The translations under genes and the position numbers were made by a program. The notes under the pieces were generated by a model. The model was not told where the DNA came from, did not search any database, and worked only from the letters and a program-made list of their open reading frames with translations. From Candidatus Woesearchaeota archaeon (GTDB lineage Archaea > Nanobdellota > Nanobdellia > Woesearchaeales > GW2011-AR4), in NCBI GenBank assembly GCA_016185945.1, contig JACPMR010000015.1, positions 7,256 to 71,255 on the forward strand: a DNA stretch of 64,000 nucleotides, given 5' to 3'. Of the stretch, positions 17,767-26,572 are shown one piece after another; positions within the stretch are counted from its first letter, which is position 1, and every line of letters begins with the position of its first letter.

Positions 17767-18183
17767 TTATGCATTAACGGCAACAACCTTAACCTTGAAT
17801 GTCAGTTCCTTTCCTGCCAATGGATGGTTCAAGTCAATTGTAACAACATCTTCTTTCACTTCTTTCACAACAGCAGGCATCCTTTCTCCATTCGGCCCCT
17901 TAAGGAGTAATGTCCCGCCTGCCTGAACTTCTGGAGGGAATTTATCCCTTGGGATTTTTGCTATCAATCTGCTGTCTATATCTCCATAAGCGTCTTTTGG
18001 ACTTATCTTGAATGTTTTTTCTTGATTGAGATTCATTTCCTTTATTTGATTTTCAAAGCCTGGAATTACTTCTCCATTGCCTATAGTTAATTCCAATGGC
18101 TGTTTGCCTTCGCTTGAATCAAATACAGTACCATCATTCAAAGTGCCTGTGTAATGGACTTTTATTTTGTCTCCTTGGTTCAT
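17767..18183 (-). CDS. FKBP-type peptidyl-prolyl cis-trans isomerase (SlyD-like, with IF insertion)
   Basis: KIKVHYTGTLNDGTVFDSS, LELTIGNGEVIPGFE, NHPLAGKELTFKVKVV: FKBP domain with insert-in-flap region. Confidence 0.8.
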   Translation of the reverse strand: MNQGDKIKVHYTGTLNDGTVFDSSEGKQPLELTIGNGEVIPGFENQIKEMNLNQEKTFKISPKDAYGDIDSRLIAKIPRDKFPPEVQAGGTLLLKGPNGERMPAVVKEVKEDVVTIDLNHPLAGKELTFKVKVVAVNA

Positions 18184-18235
18184 TGGAATACCTAAAAAAC
18201 GGGAAAAATAAAGATGGTATTTAAAGGTATTGTGA

Positions 18236-18604
18236 TTATCTTACAAACTCGACGTTTTCGAAGCCTTTGAATGCATAATCTCCTGTCACGAATTTTAAGT
18301 TTAATTTTAATGCAGCCACATATCCAATGCAATCAGTAAAGCTAAATCTTTTTTTATTATTTGCAAGTTTGAACTTATTTGCGTCTTTGATTATATCATC
18401 ATCTGTGCTCATGATTAATGGCAGTATAAGATTGTATATTCTTTCTGCCTCTTCATTTCCAAAATTCTTCAAGTAATAGAAATGAATTTCCATAATGTTA
18501 AATATTGTTGTTCCGGCTTCTATCGGGCTGATAGAGTAATTACTGTACTTAGGGTTTTGTGTAGCTATTTCTATCAGCGCATAAGTGTCCAGAAAGTATT
18601 GCAT
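18236..18604 (-). CDS. vapC: PIN-domain ribonuclease toxin (VapC-like)
   Basis: MQYFLDTYALIE (first acidic residue), FTDCIGYVAA, TGDYAF: PIN catalytic residues; start taken at the internal Met so that it abuts vapB. Confidence 0.7.
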   Translation of the reverse strand: MQYFLDTYALIEIATQNPKYSNYSISPIEAGTTIFNIMEIHFYYLKNFGNEEAERIYNLILPLIMSTDDDIIKDANKFKLANNKKRFSFTDCIGYVAALKLNLKFVTGDYAFKGFENVEFVR

Positions 18605-18605
18605 T

Positions 18606-18827
18606 TTACCTATTCCATTCCTTCCTAAGCTCGTCTTTTGCCTTCTGCGCATCAATTTTTAGATGCTTGCTTGCGCCCCACAATTTGCTTAAATCAACTT
18701 TCGGGATAATCTCGAAAGTAACTTCCTGGCCGACTTTTAGTTTTCTCTCTTTGACATAATGCGGAGGAACAGTCAAAACAATGCTGTTTCCTGACTTCCT
18801 GACTCTTGTAGTTGGCATATTAATCAC
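18606..18827 (-). CDS. vapB: AbrB/MazE-type antitoxin (VapB-like)
   Basis: 73 aa; SpoVT/AbrB swapped-hairpin signature VRKSGNSIVLTVPPHYVKERKLKVGQEV; directly upstream of and overlapping the PIN gene. Confidence 0.65.
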   Translation of the reverse strand: MINMPTTRVRKSGNSIVLTVPPHYVKERKLKVGQEVTFEIIPKVDLSKLWGASKHLKIDAQKAKDELRKEWNR

Positions 18828-18917
18828 CTATGTAATACATATGTAATACGGAAGTATTTAAAGGTTTTGGGTAGGAATATAGGAAATATTTAAATTATCA
18901 AAACTTATCCTGTATAT

Positions 18918-19703
18918 ATGAAAGAGAAAGCTGTAGAAAAAGTGGAAAATTTCATTGATTTATCCATGCCTATTGTGAAAGCCGCTGTTAACATACCTAC
19001 TTTAGGTTTTGGTGGAGCTGTTATCGAAATATTTCAAACTGACTACCGATTATCAAAAGAAAGGAATATTAAAGAGTTTTTTGAAAGTATAGACAAAAAA
19101 CTAAAGGAAATAGGAATACAAATTGATGAGACAATTAAAGAAAGGCTGAAATCTCCTGAATTCTATCAGATTATCACAAGAATACTAACTAAAATTCAAA
19201 TAGAAAGTAGAAAAGAAATAAGAGAGATTTATTCAAATTTACTTATTCAATTACTTAAGGAAGAACCAAAAATTAATTTTAATCAAAAATTATTTTATTT
19301 AGAAATATTGGGAAATTTAAATGAAGACCATATTAAAATATTAAGTGTTTTTTATAAGGAAGGGGAAGTAAAAAGCAGATTTAGACTAGATTCACTTTAT
19401 GAAAAGACTCGATGTTATGAAACCAAGAAATTAAAAAAAGGTGATCCAGATTTTGATTTTATGGGATTTAAAGAACGGAAAACTCTAAATTATGCGAAAT
19501 CTTCTTATTTTAAAGGTTTAGTAAGTGACTTAGTTGGTAAACAAATAATTGATATTTTTCAAGAAATTGAATCAACCCCAGAATACAAAGAAGAGGGAGA
19601 TGTTAGAAAAGAGTTAAAATCTATTGAATCAGAAATAAAGGAAGAATATGAAGGAACAGAATTGGGATTAAGTTTCTATAAATTTGTTCTGACTTATAAA
19701 TGA
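18918..19703 (+). CDS. hypothetical protein, first gene of a two-gene module (possible Abi-like partner)
   Basis: 261 aa, no recognisable catalytic motif; hydrophobic Gly-rich N-terminal segment IPTLGFGGAVIEIF; co-oriented, 35 bp upstream of a PD-(D/E)xK nuclease-like gene. Confidence 0.4.
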   Translation: MKEKAVEKVENFIDLSMPIVKAAVNIPTLGFGGAVIEIFQTDYRLSKERNIKEFFESIDKKLKEIGIQIDETIKERLKSPEFYQIITRILTKIQIESRKEIREIYSNLLIQLLKEEPKINFNQKLFYLEILGNLNEDHIKILSVFYKEGEVKSRFRLDSLYEKTRCYETKKLKKGDPDFDFMGFKERKTLNYAKSSYFKGLVSDLVGKQIIDIFQEIESTPEYKEEGDVRKELKSIESEIKEEYEGTELGLSFYKFVLTYK

Positions 19704-19738
19704 AAAATCAAAATTTTTAAAGGAATTCAGATTAATTT

Positions 19739-20635
19739 TTGAACATGGATAATTCAATCAAAGAAAAGATAAAAAATCACATTTTAGAGCATGGATTTTT
19801 ATTAGAAGAAGAAACTAAAACTTTCTTAGAGTTACAAGGATGGGAATGTGAAAGAAATGCTCATTTCGTCGATCAAGATGTTCCAACCGAATCAAGAGAG
19901 ATTGATATAATTGCCCGTAATTTTAGTTGGTATAAAAATTTTGACCCAAAAAGGATTCTAGTTAGATTTGATTTAATAATTGAATGTAAAAACTATAAAG
20001 ATCCAATAGTATTTTTTTCTACTAATAAAACTAGAGAGGACAAAGAAATTTTCTTTTCAAAAGAATTGATCAATTTTTTTACTACCCATGATACTGTTTA
20101 CGTGCCTATTCCAGAATCACAAAATAAAAAAGTTATATCTGTTGCTGAATTCTTGAAAATTGATAAATATCATCATTTTTTTAATAGTAATTTAAAAGCC
20201 ACAAACCTTAATTTATCAAGAGTTAAGTCTGATTATTCATTCTCAAATATAAAATTATATGAAGCTACTATATTACCATTAATCAAAGCAAATGACTGGT
20301 ACAGAGCAGACCGTAAGAATAGTGTTAAACTTTTTGCTGGAAATAGTATCCACGTACCATTTTCATTTATTATTCCAATTTTAGTACTTGGTAATGATTT
20401 TTTTGAAGCATATTTTGAAAATGGAGAGCTTAAATTAAAAAAATCAGATTATATTCAATTTATTTCTGATTATAGATCCAAAAATATAAATGGACGTTTC
20501 CAAATTGATATAGTGAATAAAAGTTATTTTGAAAATTATCTAAAAGAAAAAGTAGATGTGACTATTAATAAGGTTAGTGAAGTTATATTAAATAACTTCC
20601 AAGATATAGATAGATTTAGTCATATTTCAAATTAA
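19739..20635 (+). CDS. PD-(D/E)xK (restriction-endonuclease-fold) nuclease-like protein with C-terminal domain of unknown function
   Basis: N-terminal segment EIDIIARNF ... RFDLIIECKNY supplies a D ... D-x4-E-C-K motif typical of Mrr/NERD-like nucleases; about 200 aa of unassigned C-terminus. Confidence 0.5.
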   Translation: MNMDNSIKEKIKNHILEHGFLLEEETKTFLELQGWECERNAHFVDQDVPTESREIDIIARNFSWYKNFDPKRILVRFDLIIECKNYKDPIVFFSTNKTREDKEIFFSKELINFFTTHDTVYVPIPESQNKKVISVAEFLKIDKYHHFFNSNLKATNLNLSRVKSDYSFSNIKLYEATILPLIKANDWYRADRKNSVKLFAGNSIHVPFSFIIPILVLGNDFFEAYFENGELKLKKSDYIQFISDYRSKNINGRFQIDIVNKSYFENYLKEKVDVTINKVSEVILNNFQDIDRFSHISN

Positions 20636-20643
20636 AAATATAA

Positions 20644-21039
20644 TTATTTAATAATTGAAGTATTAATAAGATTTTGTGTAGTTCCTAAATATCCTCCAAA
20701 CCATAAAGCTGCTATGATTAAGATAGAAAAGGAACCGTATGCTAAAAAACTAATTTGATAGAACTCAACTGGAAGACTTTCTTTTGATAGATAAGCTACT
20801 AAGGCAATTATACCTATAATTGTACCAATATTAAGATAAATTTGAAACCAGTTAGGTAAATTATTGAAATAATGATAAAAGATCTGCCATAATAATAAAG
20901 AATTTAAAAAAATGCCAACTCTTCCTATATAAGATTGTCTAAATTCAACAATACCTGCAACTACTAATCCTATCATAGCAATATATGATAGGGATTTTGG
21001 TAGTATTATTAATGTCTCAATCATTAAAGGTGTTGTCAT
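20644..21039 (-). CDS. small integral membrane protein (4 TM), unknown function
   Basis: 131 aa, four hydrophobic helices. Confidence 0.4.
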   Translation of the reverse strand: MTTPLMIETLIILPKSLSYIAMIGLVVAGIVEFRQSYIGRVGIFLNSLLLWQIFYHYFNNLPNWFQIYLNIGTIIGIIALVAYLSKESLPVEFYQISFLAYGSFSILIIAALWFGGYLGTTQNLINTSIIK

Positions 21040-21082
21040 GGTTATAAATTAATAAAAATAATGTTTAAATTTATTGACTAAG

Positions 21083-21400
21083 TTAAGAGTTTATTACATC
21101 TTGTGCAATTTTCTTATAAATTAAATGTAATAAATTATATTTATTATTTTTTTTATTTATCTGGAAATATTTTGATTTATCATCTTCCCTTGTTTGTACA
21201 ATTAAATTTTTATCTAATAAATCTTTAATTGCATTTCTAACTGCTGTTCTTGATAATCCAGTACCTTTATGAATTTGAGTTATGGTAAAATCAAAATTCT
21301 CTCCTAAAAAAAAGAAATCAAGAACTTTAATGGTATTATTAGTACCAAAAACATTTTCAAAAAGGGGTTTACCTAAAAGTAATTTTTGTTTCATCGCCAA
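21083..21400 (-). CDS. winged-helix transcriptional regulator
   Basis: 105 aa; HTH segment ITQIHKGTGLSRTAVRNAIKDLLDKNLIV. Confidence 0.5.
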   Translation of the reverse strand: MAMKQKLLLGKPLFENVFGTNNTIKVLDFFFLGENFDFTITQIHKGTGLSRTAVRNAIKDLLDKNLIVQTREDDKSKYFQINKKNNKYNLLHLIYKKIAQDVINS

Positions 21401-21516
21401 TTCACCTCTTATTTGAAAATGACTACTGAAGTATTATAATAAATCATAAAGTTTAAATATCAGTACACCCTAACTCCTTATAGGTGTATGTTAGGGTGAC
21501 TGACAAAAAACTTTTC

Positions 21517-21756
21517 TTATCTTTTTCTTGGAACAAAAGTTAACTTACCATTTTTCAATGGAATAATTTCCTTTCTTTCAATCAAGCCATCAATTGATTT
21601 ATCCGAATTTTTGGTATTTATACCAATATTTTTTAGATAAACAACAATCTCTGCTCGATGAAAGCTGGTTATTCCAGCGTTCTTTAATTCGATAAGATAG
21701 TTTTGTACTATGTTATCTATGGGCCTCATCGTAATCACCTTCCCCCACCGACCCAA
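21517..21756 (-). CDS. small hypothetical protein
   Basis: 79 aa ORF followed by a 9-bp perfect inverted repeat CACCCTAAC ... GTTAGGGTG at 21457-21495. Confidence 0.3.
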   Translation of the reverse strand: MGRWGKVITMRPIDNIVQNYLIELKNAGITSFHRAEIVVYLKNIGINTKNSDKSIDGLIERKEIIPLKNGKLTFVPRKR

Positions 21757-21950
21757 GCAGGTTTAAACATGATTTTTCAGGAGGAAAAATCAATGGCAAA
21801 TACAACAATTTCTTTTTGGAAGGTGATTAGTCGTTGCCGACTAACAAGATGTGTTATTCTTAGAGTTTATAAATGTTTCCTTTTTAGAACATTATCGTCT
21901 TAAAAAAGACATAAACTAAACCTATAGATTTGGAATAAACCCTTTCTAAA

Positions 21951-22040
21951 CCTCCACTTCCCTCTCCACCACAATCTTCCCTGTCACACTCCTCACTATT
22001 TGATTGATTATCTCCAAATCATAGAATTGTTTTAGTGAAA
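21951..22040. repeat. degenerate direct duplicate of the 3' end of the radical SAM gene (att-like)
   Basis: CCACTTCC ... ACAATCTTCCCTGTCACACTCCTCA matches CCACTTCC ... ACAACCTTCCCAGTCACGCTCCTCA at 22331-22420 (the real gene end), about 22/25 identity in the core and weaker on the flanks; the copies bracket the Bro-N fragment. Confidence 0.55.
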
Positions 22041-22124
22041 GCATTCATAGCCTCAAAAAGCATTCAAATACCACTGGACATTCCCAGACAAAGTATTTAA
22101 AGCAATACTTGTACTCATGCCAAC

Positions 22125-22352
22125 ATGGAGCCTGAAAACGCCCTTGTAGTATTCCAAGGCAAGAAAATAAGGAGAACTTGGTTTAATGATGAGTGGTGGT
22201 TTGTAGCCGTTGATATTGTAGAGGCATTGACTGACTCAAAAGACCCTAATGGCTATTTAAAGGATATGCGAAGGAGGGATGAAGGCTTTGCTCAAGGATG
22301 GGGGCAAATTGCCACCCCCCTTTCTATTGATACACCACTTCCACTTTCTTAA
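22125..22352 (+). pseudogene. Bro-N (phage antirepressor N-terminal) domain fragment
   Basis: 75 aa: ALVVFQGKKIRRTWFNDEWWFVAVDIVEALTDSKDP fits the Bro-N pattern (F-F ... IR ... WF-A-DVA--LG); truncated, GC-richer than surroundings, 3' end overlaps the radical SAM gene. Confidence 0.5.
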
Positions 22353-23814
22353 CAACCTTCCCAGTCACGCTCCTCAACATCTGCCCCGTAACCTCAATGT
22401 CATAAAACTTCTTCAACTCTAGTCTTCCTTTAACCCCAACAATGATAGGATATGTTCCAAATTGACGGCAAAAAGTTGTATTCCCATCATAAATCTCGGC
22501 ATAGCAATTAGTCAAAACTGTTCCATTTGGAATTACTCTCTGGAGCATTGGCCAGTCAATCTTCTGCCTTATGTCATTGCGCCATTTCCAATATAATTTC
22601 TTGTTCTTCTTCAGGAACTTGTCTTTGCCTTCATTGTACAAAGAAGTGCCTTCAAATATTGCAACCTGCCTAATATTTATCCTGCGAAGCATCAATCCTT
22701 CATTGTAAATTCTTGAAAGCCATTTCATGTTTTCTTCATGCGTTTTCTTGGTTTCATTCCTCAAGCCGAATATTATGTTGACTCCGGGCAAAAACTTAGG
22801 AAGTCCATCAGAGCCTCCTTCAGAGCCATACTTGTTCAAAATCTTAATTGCTTCATAAGCAATATTTGGCGGAGTGTTCAAAGTGTTTGCCTTGACAACT
22901 TCCATGTCAAATGATTCAATTCCAAAAGCAGCTATGTTGCCTGAAGTGCAATACTTCACAACAGCTTTTGTGATTGCAAAATCATTCTGCCTGTCCATCA
23001 CAACTTTTACAGGGTTTACATTGTCAATGTGCAAAACTTTTATGCCAGGGCATTTCTCATTGATTTCTTTTAACAATTCAGCAGCATAAGGCAAAGTGTA
23101 AAAGCATGTCTGCTTTCCCAATCTAAAGTAGCGAGCGCCAAGCTTGTAAAACTCAATAATTTCATTCAGAACATCCTCTTTATTCCTGAACTCAACCTTA
23201 TTCTTCAAAGGCTCTGTGCAGAAAGAGCATTTTCCAATGTCGCAGCCATGCCCTGTCTCAATCTCAACCATTCTCAAGCCAGGAATCTGTTTTATGATTG
23301 ATGCCCCTTTAACGGAATATTCCTTAACATCCTTGTACGGAAAATTAAACATCAAATGCTCAACCTTGTCAAAAATGCTTAAATCCGCCTTCTCAAAGAA
23401 CCTGCCTCCGAATAATTGCGTGCCAAACACGGCAGGCCCTGTCAAAATCTTCCTGCATTTCAAATCCTTTAACATCGGGATAATCTCGTGCAAAGTGCCA
23501 GGCACAGCAGAAAGATACTTTCCGGGAACGTGAACGCCAAGAACAACAACCAAAGTTTGTGTTTCCTCCAATATTTTTTCAATATTTTTGTGATTTACAG
23601 TCAGATTGTATGTTGTTATGTCGGTTTTTTGTGATAATTTTGTCTCCTTGACAATTCCGTTATGCTTCTTCCATAACCTCAAATCATCAATTGTCAGGTA
23701 ATTAACATCTTCATTAAGGTAGCCGGCTATGTACCTTGGGTATGTGCCAAGGTAAGGAGGCACTCCCAAGCCAGCGGGCTCGTCAGTATAGCAGTCAATT
23801 ATAGTATAAGTCAT
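22324..23814 (-). CDS. radical SAM superfamily protein (archaeal subfamily, unusual CX4CX2C cluster)
   Basis: 496 aa; Cys cluster GHGCDIGKCSFCTEP (C-x4-C-x2-C); N-terminal domain of unknown function (MTYTIIDCYTDEPAGLGVPP) is a possible B12-binding-like module. Confidence 0.65.
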   Translation of the reverse strand: MTYTIIDCYTDEPAGLGVPPYLGTYPRYIAGYLNEDVNYLTIDDLRLWKKHNGIVKETKLSQKTDITTYNLTVNHKNIEKILEETQTLVVVLGVHVPGKYLSAVPGTLHEIIPMLKDLKCRKILTGPAVFGTQLFGGRFFEKADLSIFDKVEHLMFNFPYKDVKEYSVKGASIIKQIPGLRMVEIETGHGCDIGKCSFCTEPLKNKVEFRNKEDVLNEIIEFYKLGARYFRLGKQTCFYTLPYAAELLKEINEKCPGIKVLHIDNVNPVKVVMDRQNDFAITKAVVKYCTSGNIAAFGIESFDMEVVKANTLNTPPNIAYEAIKILNKYGSEGGSDGLPKFLPGVNIIFGLRNETKKTHEENMKWLSRIYNEGLMLRRINIRQVAIFEGTSLYNEGKDKFLKKNKKLYWKWRNDIRQKIDWPMLQRVIPNGTVLTNCYAEIYDGNTTFCRQFGTYPIIVGVKGRLELKKFYDIEVTGQMLRSVTGKVVKKVEVVYQ

Positions 23815-23895
23815 AAGAAAATAGTATTCTTAGCAACTTAAAAATCTTTTTATGTGTTATAAGTTTATACGCAATTAAAATATAAATAAAAAATT

Positions 23896-24044
23896 CAATC
23901 ACGATGGCGACCCATGCGCTTCCTAAGCTAAAATGGGTGCCCCGCATACTTCTTTGGCACTTTATCATCAGCAATCAAGTGCAAGCATCAGAGGCTGTGG
24001 TTCCCTTATCACGATGGTATAGACAGGGAAGCCCAGTGATTGAA
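23896..24044. repeat. GC-rich intergenic repeat element, copy C
   Basis: CAATCACGATGGCGACCCATG ... AAAATGGGTGCCCCGCATACTTC ... CAATCAAGTGCAAGCATCAGAGGCTGTGGTTCCCTTATCAC ... CAGGGAAGCCCAGTGATTGAA; clear TIR CAATCACG / CAGTGATTG. Confidence 0.7.
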
Positions 24045-24169
24045 AATTTTTAAAACTTAGTTTTTTATGTACGAATTGATTATATTCTTTAAAATATATA
24101 TCAAACTTGCATTTTTAGCAAAAAGCTTAAATAGACATATTTTGAAATATTCTCTTTACACACAAGGAG

Positions 24170-24535
24170 GTGGTGTATATCGCAGATGTACAGAAAACAT
24201 ATGCAATGGTTATAGGTGCAGTTCTTGTGCTTGTAGGGTTAATCGGATTCTTCAATGCGCCTATATTTGGAGTGTTTGGAGTCAACACAGCGCAGAACTT
24301 GTTGCATCTTGTGGGAGGAGCCTTAATGCTCTGGTTTGGATACAAAGGAAGCGGCAAGACAGCCAACACATGGCTTGGCTACATCTCAGCTGTTGTAGCT
24401 GTTCTCGGCTTTGTGCCAGGAGCAAAGGATTTGCTTGCAAGCATTTTTGCCATCAACATGGCAATAACATGGCTGCACGCAGCAATAGCTGTTGTTTCAT
24501 TGGGAGTTGCTTTTGGAGTTAAAGGTGCAGCATAA
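24170..24535 (+). CDS. small membrane protein (DUF4383-like, 4 TM)
   Basis: 121 aa, GC-richer codon usage; GTG start 7 nt after a strong AAGGAGG Shine-Dalgarno; preferred over the overlapping ORF 24067..24522, whose cysteine-rich translation looks spurious. Confidence 0.5.
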   Translation: MVYIADVQKTYAMVIGAVLVLVGLIGFFNAPIFGVFGVNTAQNLLHLVGGALMLWFGYKGSGKTANTWLGYISAVVAVLGFVPGAKDLLASIFAINMAITWLHAAIAVVSLGVAFGVKGAA

Positions 24536-24555
24536 GCTGCATTCTTTTTTCTTTT

Positions 24556-24750
24556 ATGAAGAATAAAATTTTTGATGTGCTAGGAACCATATTGCTATTT
24601 ATTGGATTTTTTCTTGCCTTTTTGCCGCATGCAGTACATACCACTATCGGCTTAGGTGGTGAAACTTCACATTTCAGGCATATCTTAATAGGAATGGCAC
24701 TTGTGATAATTTCACTTGTTATTTTAATAAAAAACAGACACCAAAAGTAA
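24556..24750 (+). CDS. small 2-TM membrane protein
   Basis: 64 aa, two hydrophobic helices, follows the previous gene by 20 bp. Confidence 0.35.
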   Translation: MKNKIFDVLGTILLFIGFFLAFLPHAVHTTIGLGGETSHFRHILIGMALVIISLVILIKNRHQK

Positions 24751-24914
24751 AGAATAAAAAAATATATTAAGGTCACTTAATACCCTATGCTTGATTTGAA
24801 TGGGCACAAATGTATCAAAAAGAGTAATGCTTATGCATCTATACTCACGGACAAAAATAATTATACAATAGTTGTCCGTTCGTAATATGTCGGAAATTGC
24901 AAAATAAATTATAA

Positions 24915-25000
24915 ATTGTTGCGATTTCCGCTGAGTTGAGCGAGCGAGATATGAACGCGAGCTTGCGAGCGTTCTCGCAATCGCCATGCAAGCATCGCCT
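24915..25000. repeat. GC-hairpin module of the repeat family (copy D, partial)
   Basis: GCTGAGTTGAGCGAGCGAG ... TTGCGAG-CGTT-CTCGCAA ... CCATGCAAGCATCGCC; shares the GAGCGAG hairpin module with copies B and K. Confidence 0.5.
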
Positions 25001-25075
25001 TAGAAAATGCGCTTAAAAAATTGGACAAAAATATTAAAACACTAAACTTGGACTCTATCAACAAGAAACGGAATA

Positions 25076-25837
25076 GTGAACATGGCTAAAATAATACTTA
25101 ATGCTGCGTTTATACTTTTACTTTTTATTTTAATGATAATTTTAGACTCAATTTACTTCTATCTTAACTGTTATTACGGATTTTTCTCACAGGCCGGCAT
25201 TGTTAGAAGTGGTTCCCGCAACAAAAGGAACGTAGCTATCACATTCGATGACGGCCCTTCAAAGTATACGGATAAAATCCTCGATATTCTCAAAAACAGA
25301 AAGGTGAAAGCAACCTTTTTTTTGGTTGGGGAACAAGTAGGGCAATATCCGCATATTGCTAGAAGAATAGTCGAAGAGGGACATGACATAGGCAATCATT
25401 CTTTTGCCCATTCAAGGCTTTCCCTGAGGACAAAAAAGACCGTCATGGAACAAATAGAAAAAGCTGAGAGAATAATAAAAAAAATTACAGGCAAAAAAGC
25501 ATTATATTTTAGACCGCCAAATGGAAACTACGATCAAAATCTTAGAGAGATTCTTGTAAGAAAAGGCTACAAAATGGTTCTCTGGACAATATCATCTTAT
25601 GACTGGATGAATCCCGGAGTCGGTATCATCATTTCAAAGGCTACAAAACGCGCGAAAAATGGAGACATTATCCTTTTTCACGATTCGGGAGGATTAATAA
25701 AATCTCATATGATGGGCAGAGAGCAGACAATCAATGCCCTCCCAAAAGTGATTGATGAGCTAAAGAAAAAAAGATTAATGCCAGTAAAAATAAGCAGGTT
25801 ATTAAAAGATAACTACAACTCGCCGCTCGGGGGCTAA
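25076..25837 (+). CDS. polysaccharide deacetylase (NodB-homology) family protein
   Basis: N-terminal TM then ITFDDGPSKYT, ATFFLVGEQV, HDIGNHSFAH: NodB motifs 1-3. Confidence 0.8.
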   Translation: MNMAKIILNAAFILLLFILMIILDSIYFYLNCYYGFFSQAGIVRSGSRNKRNVAITFDDGPSKYTDKILDILKNRKVKATFFLVGEQVGQYPHIARRIVEEGHDIGNHSFAHSRLSLRTKKTVMEQIEKAERIIKKITGKKALYFRPPNGNYDQNLREILVRKGYKMVLWTISSYDWMNPGVGIIISKATKRAKNGDIILFHDSGGLIKSHMMGREQTINALPKVIDELKKKRLMPVKISRLLKDNYNSPLGG

Positions 25838-25966
25838 CTGCACCCTAAAGGGATGAGGTATTGAACTCTTGCCAATATTGCAAAAATTAAAAATTTTTCT
25901 TCACAAAATAAATCACGATTCAGAATGATAAAAAAATTTATATAAGGCTGTCAAACAGCAGTTTCC

Positions 25967-26569
25967 ATGGTATGGGAATTAACAACTGCTATTGTCATCT
26001 TGCTTTTGATTATATTCTTGTTGAATTTCTACAGAGACCCTAAGAGAAGAATACCGAAAGGAAACAATATCGTGGCTCCTGCAGATGGCAGTGTAATAAA
26101 CATTTTGAGGATAAACAAAAGTGATGCTAACATCAGAAAAGGCATGCTTGGAAAAATAAAAATATTGACAAAAGACATCGCAGAAGAATGTTATGTCATC
26201 TCTATCTTCATGTCCCCTTTAGACGTTCACATCAACAGGGCGCCTATCGACGGCAAAATAAAAGCCGTAAAATACACAAAAGGCAGGTTTTTTGAGGCGT
26301 ACAACTTGGAAAAGAGCCTTGAAAATGAAAGAAATGAAATAATAATTCAGAACAAAAAAATGAAAGTCAAGGTTATACAGGTGGCGGGCTTTCTTGCAAG
26401 GAGAATAAAATGCTATGTCAAAAAGAATCAAAAGGTTAATAAAGGGCAAAAAATAGGCATGATATCCTTGTCAAGCCAGACAACATTGGTAATTCCGGCA
26501 TGGGTGGATTTAAAGGTTGAGATTAATGATGGAATGAAAGCTGGAGAAACCATATTGGCAGAGTGGTAA
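25967..26569 (+). CDS. phosphatidylserine decarboxylase-related protein (short archaeal type)
   Basis: 200 aa; N-terminal TM; FMSPLDVHINRAPIDGKI and C-terminal GQKIGMISLSSQTTLVIP resemble the PSD family, although the canonical LGST cleavage motif is not obvious. Confidence 0.55.
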   Translation: MVWELTTAIVILLLIIFLLNFYRDPKRRIPKGNNIVAPADGSVINILRINKSDANIRKGMLGKIKILTKDIAEECYVISIFMSPLDVHINRAPIDGKIKAVKYTKGRFFEAYNLEKSLENERNEIIIQNKKMKVKVIQVAGFLARRIKCYVKKNQKVNKGQKIGMISLSSQTTLVIPAWVDLKVEINDGMKAGETILAEW

Positions 26570-26572
26570 TTT

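Noticed and set aside
24067-24522. ORF-track entry 24067..24522 (+) of 151 aa overlapping 24170..24535
   Set aside because: This alternative frame gives a Cys/Ser/Arg-rich product with no hydrophobic periodicity. The 24170 frame encodes a coherent 4-TM membrane protein preceded by a strong Shine-Dalgarno.
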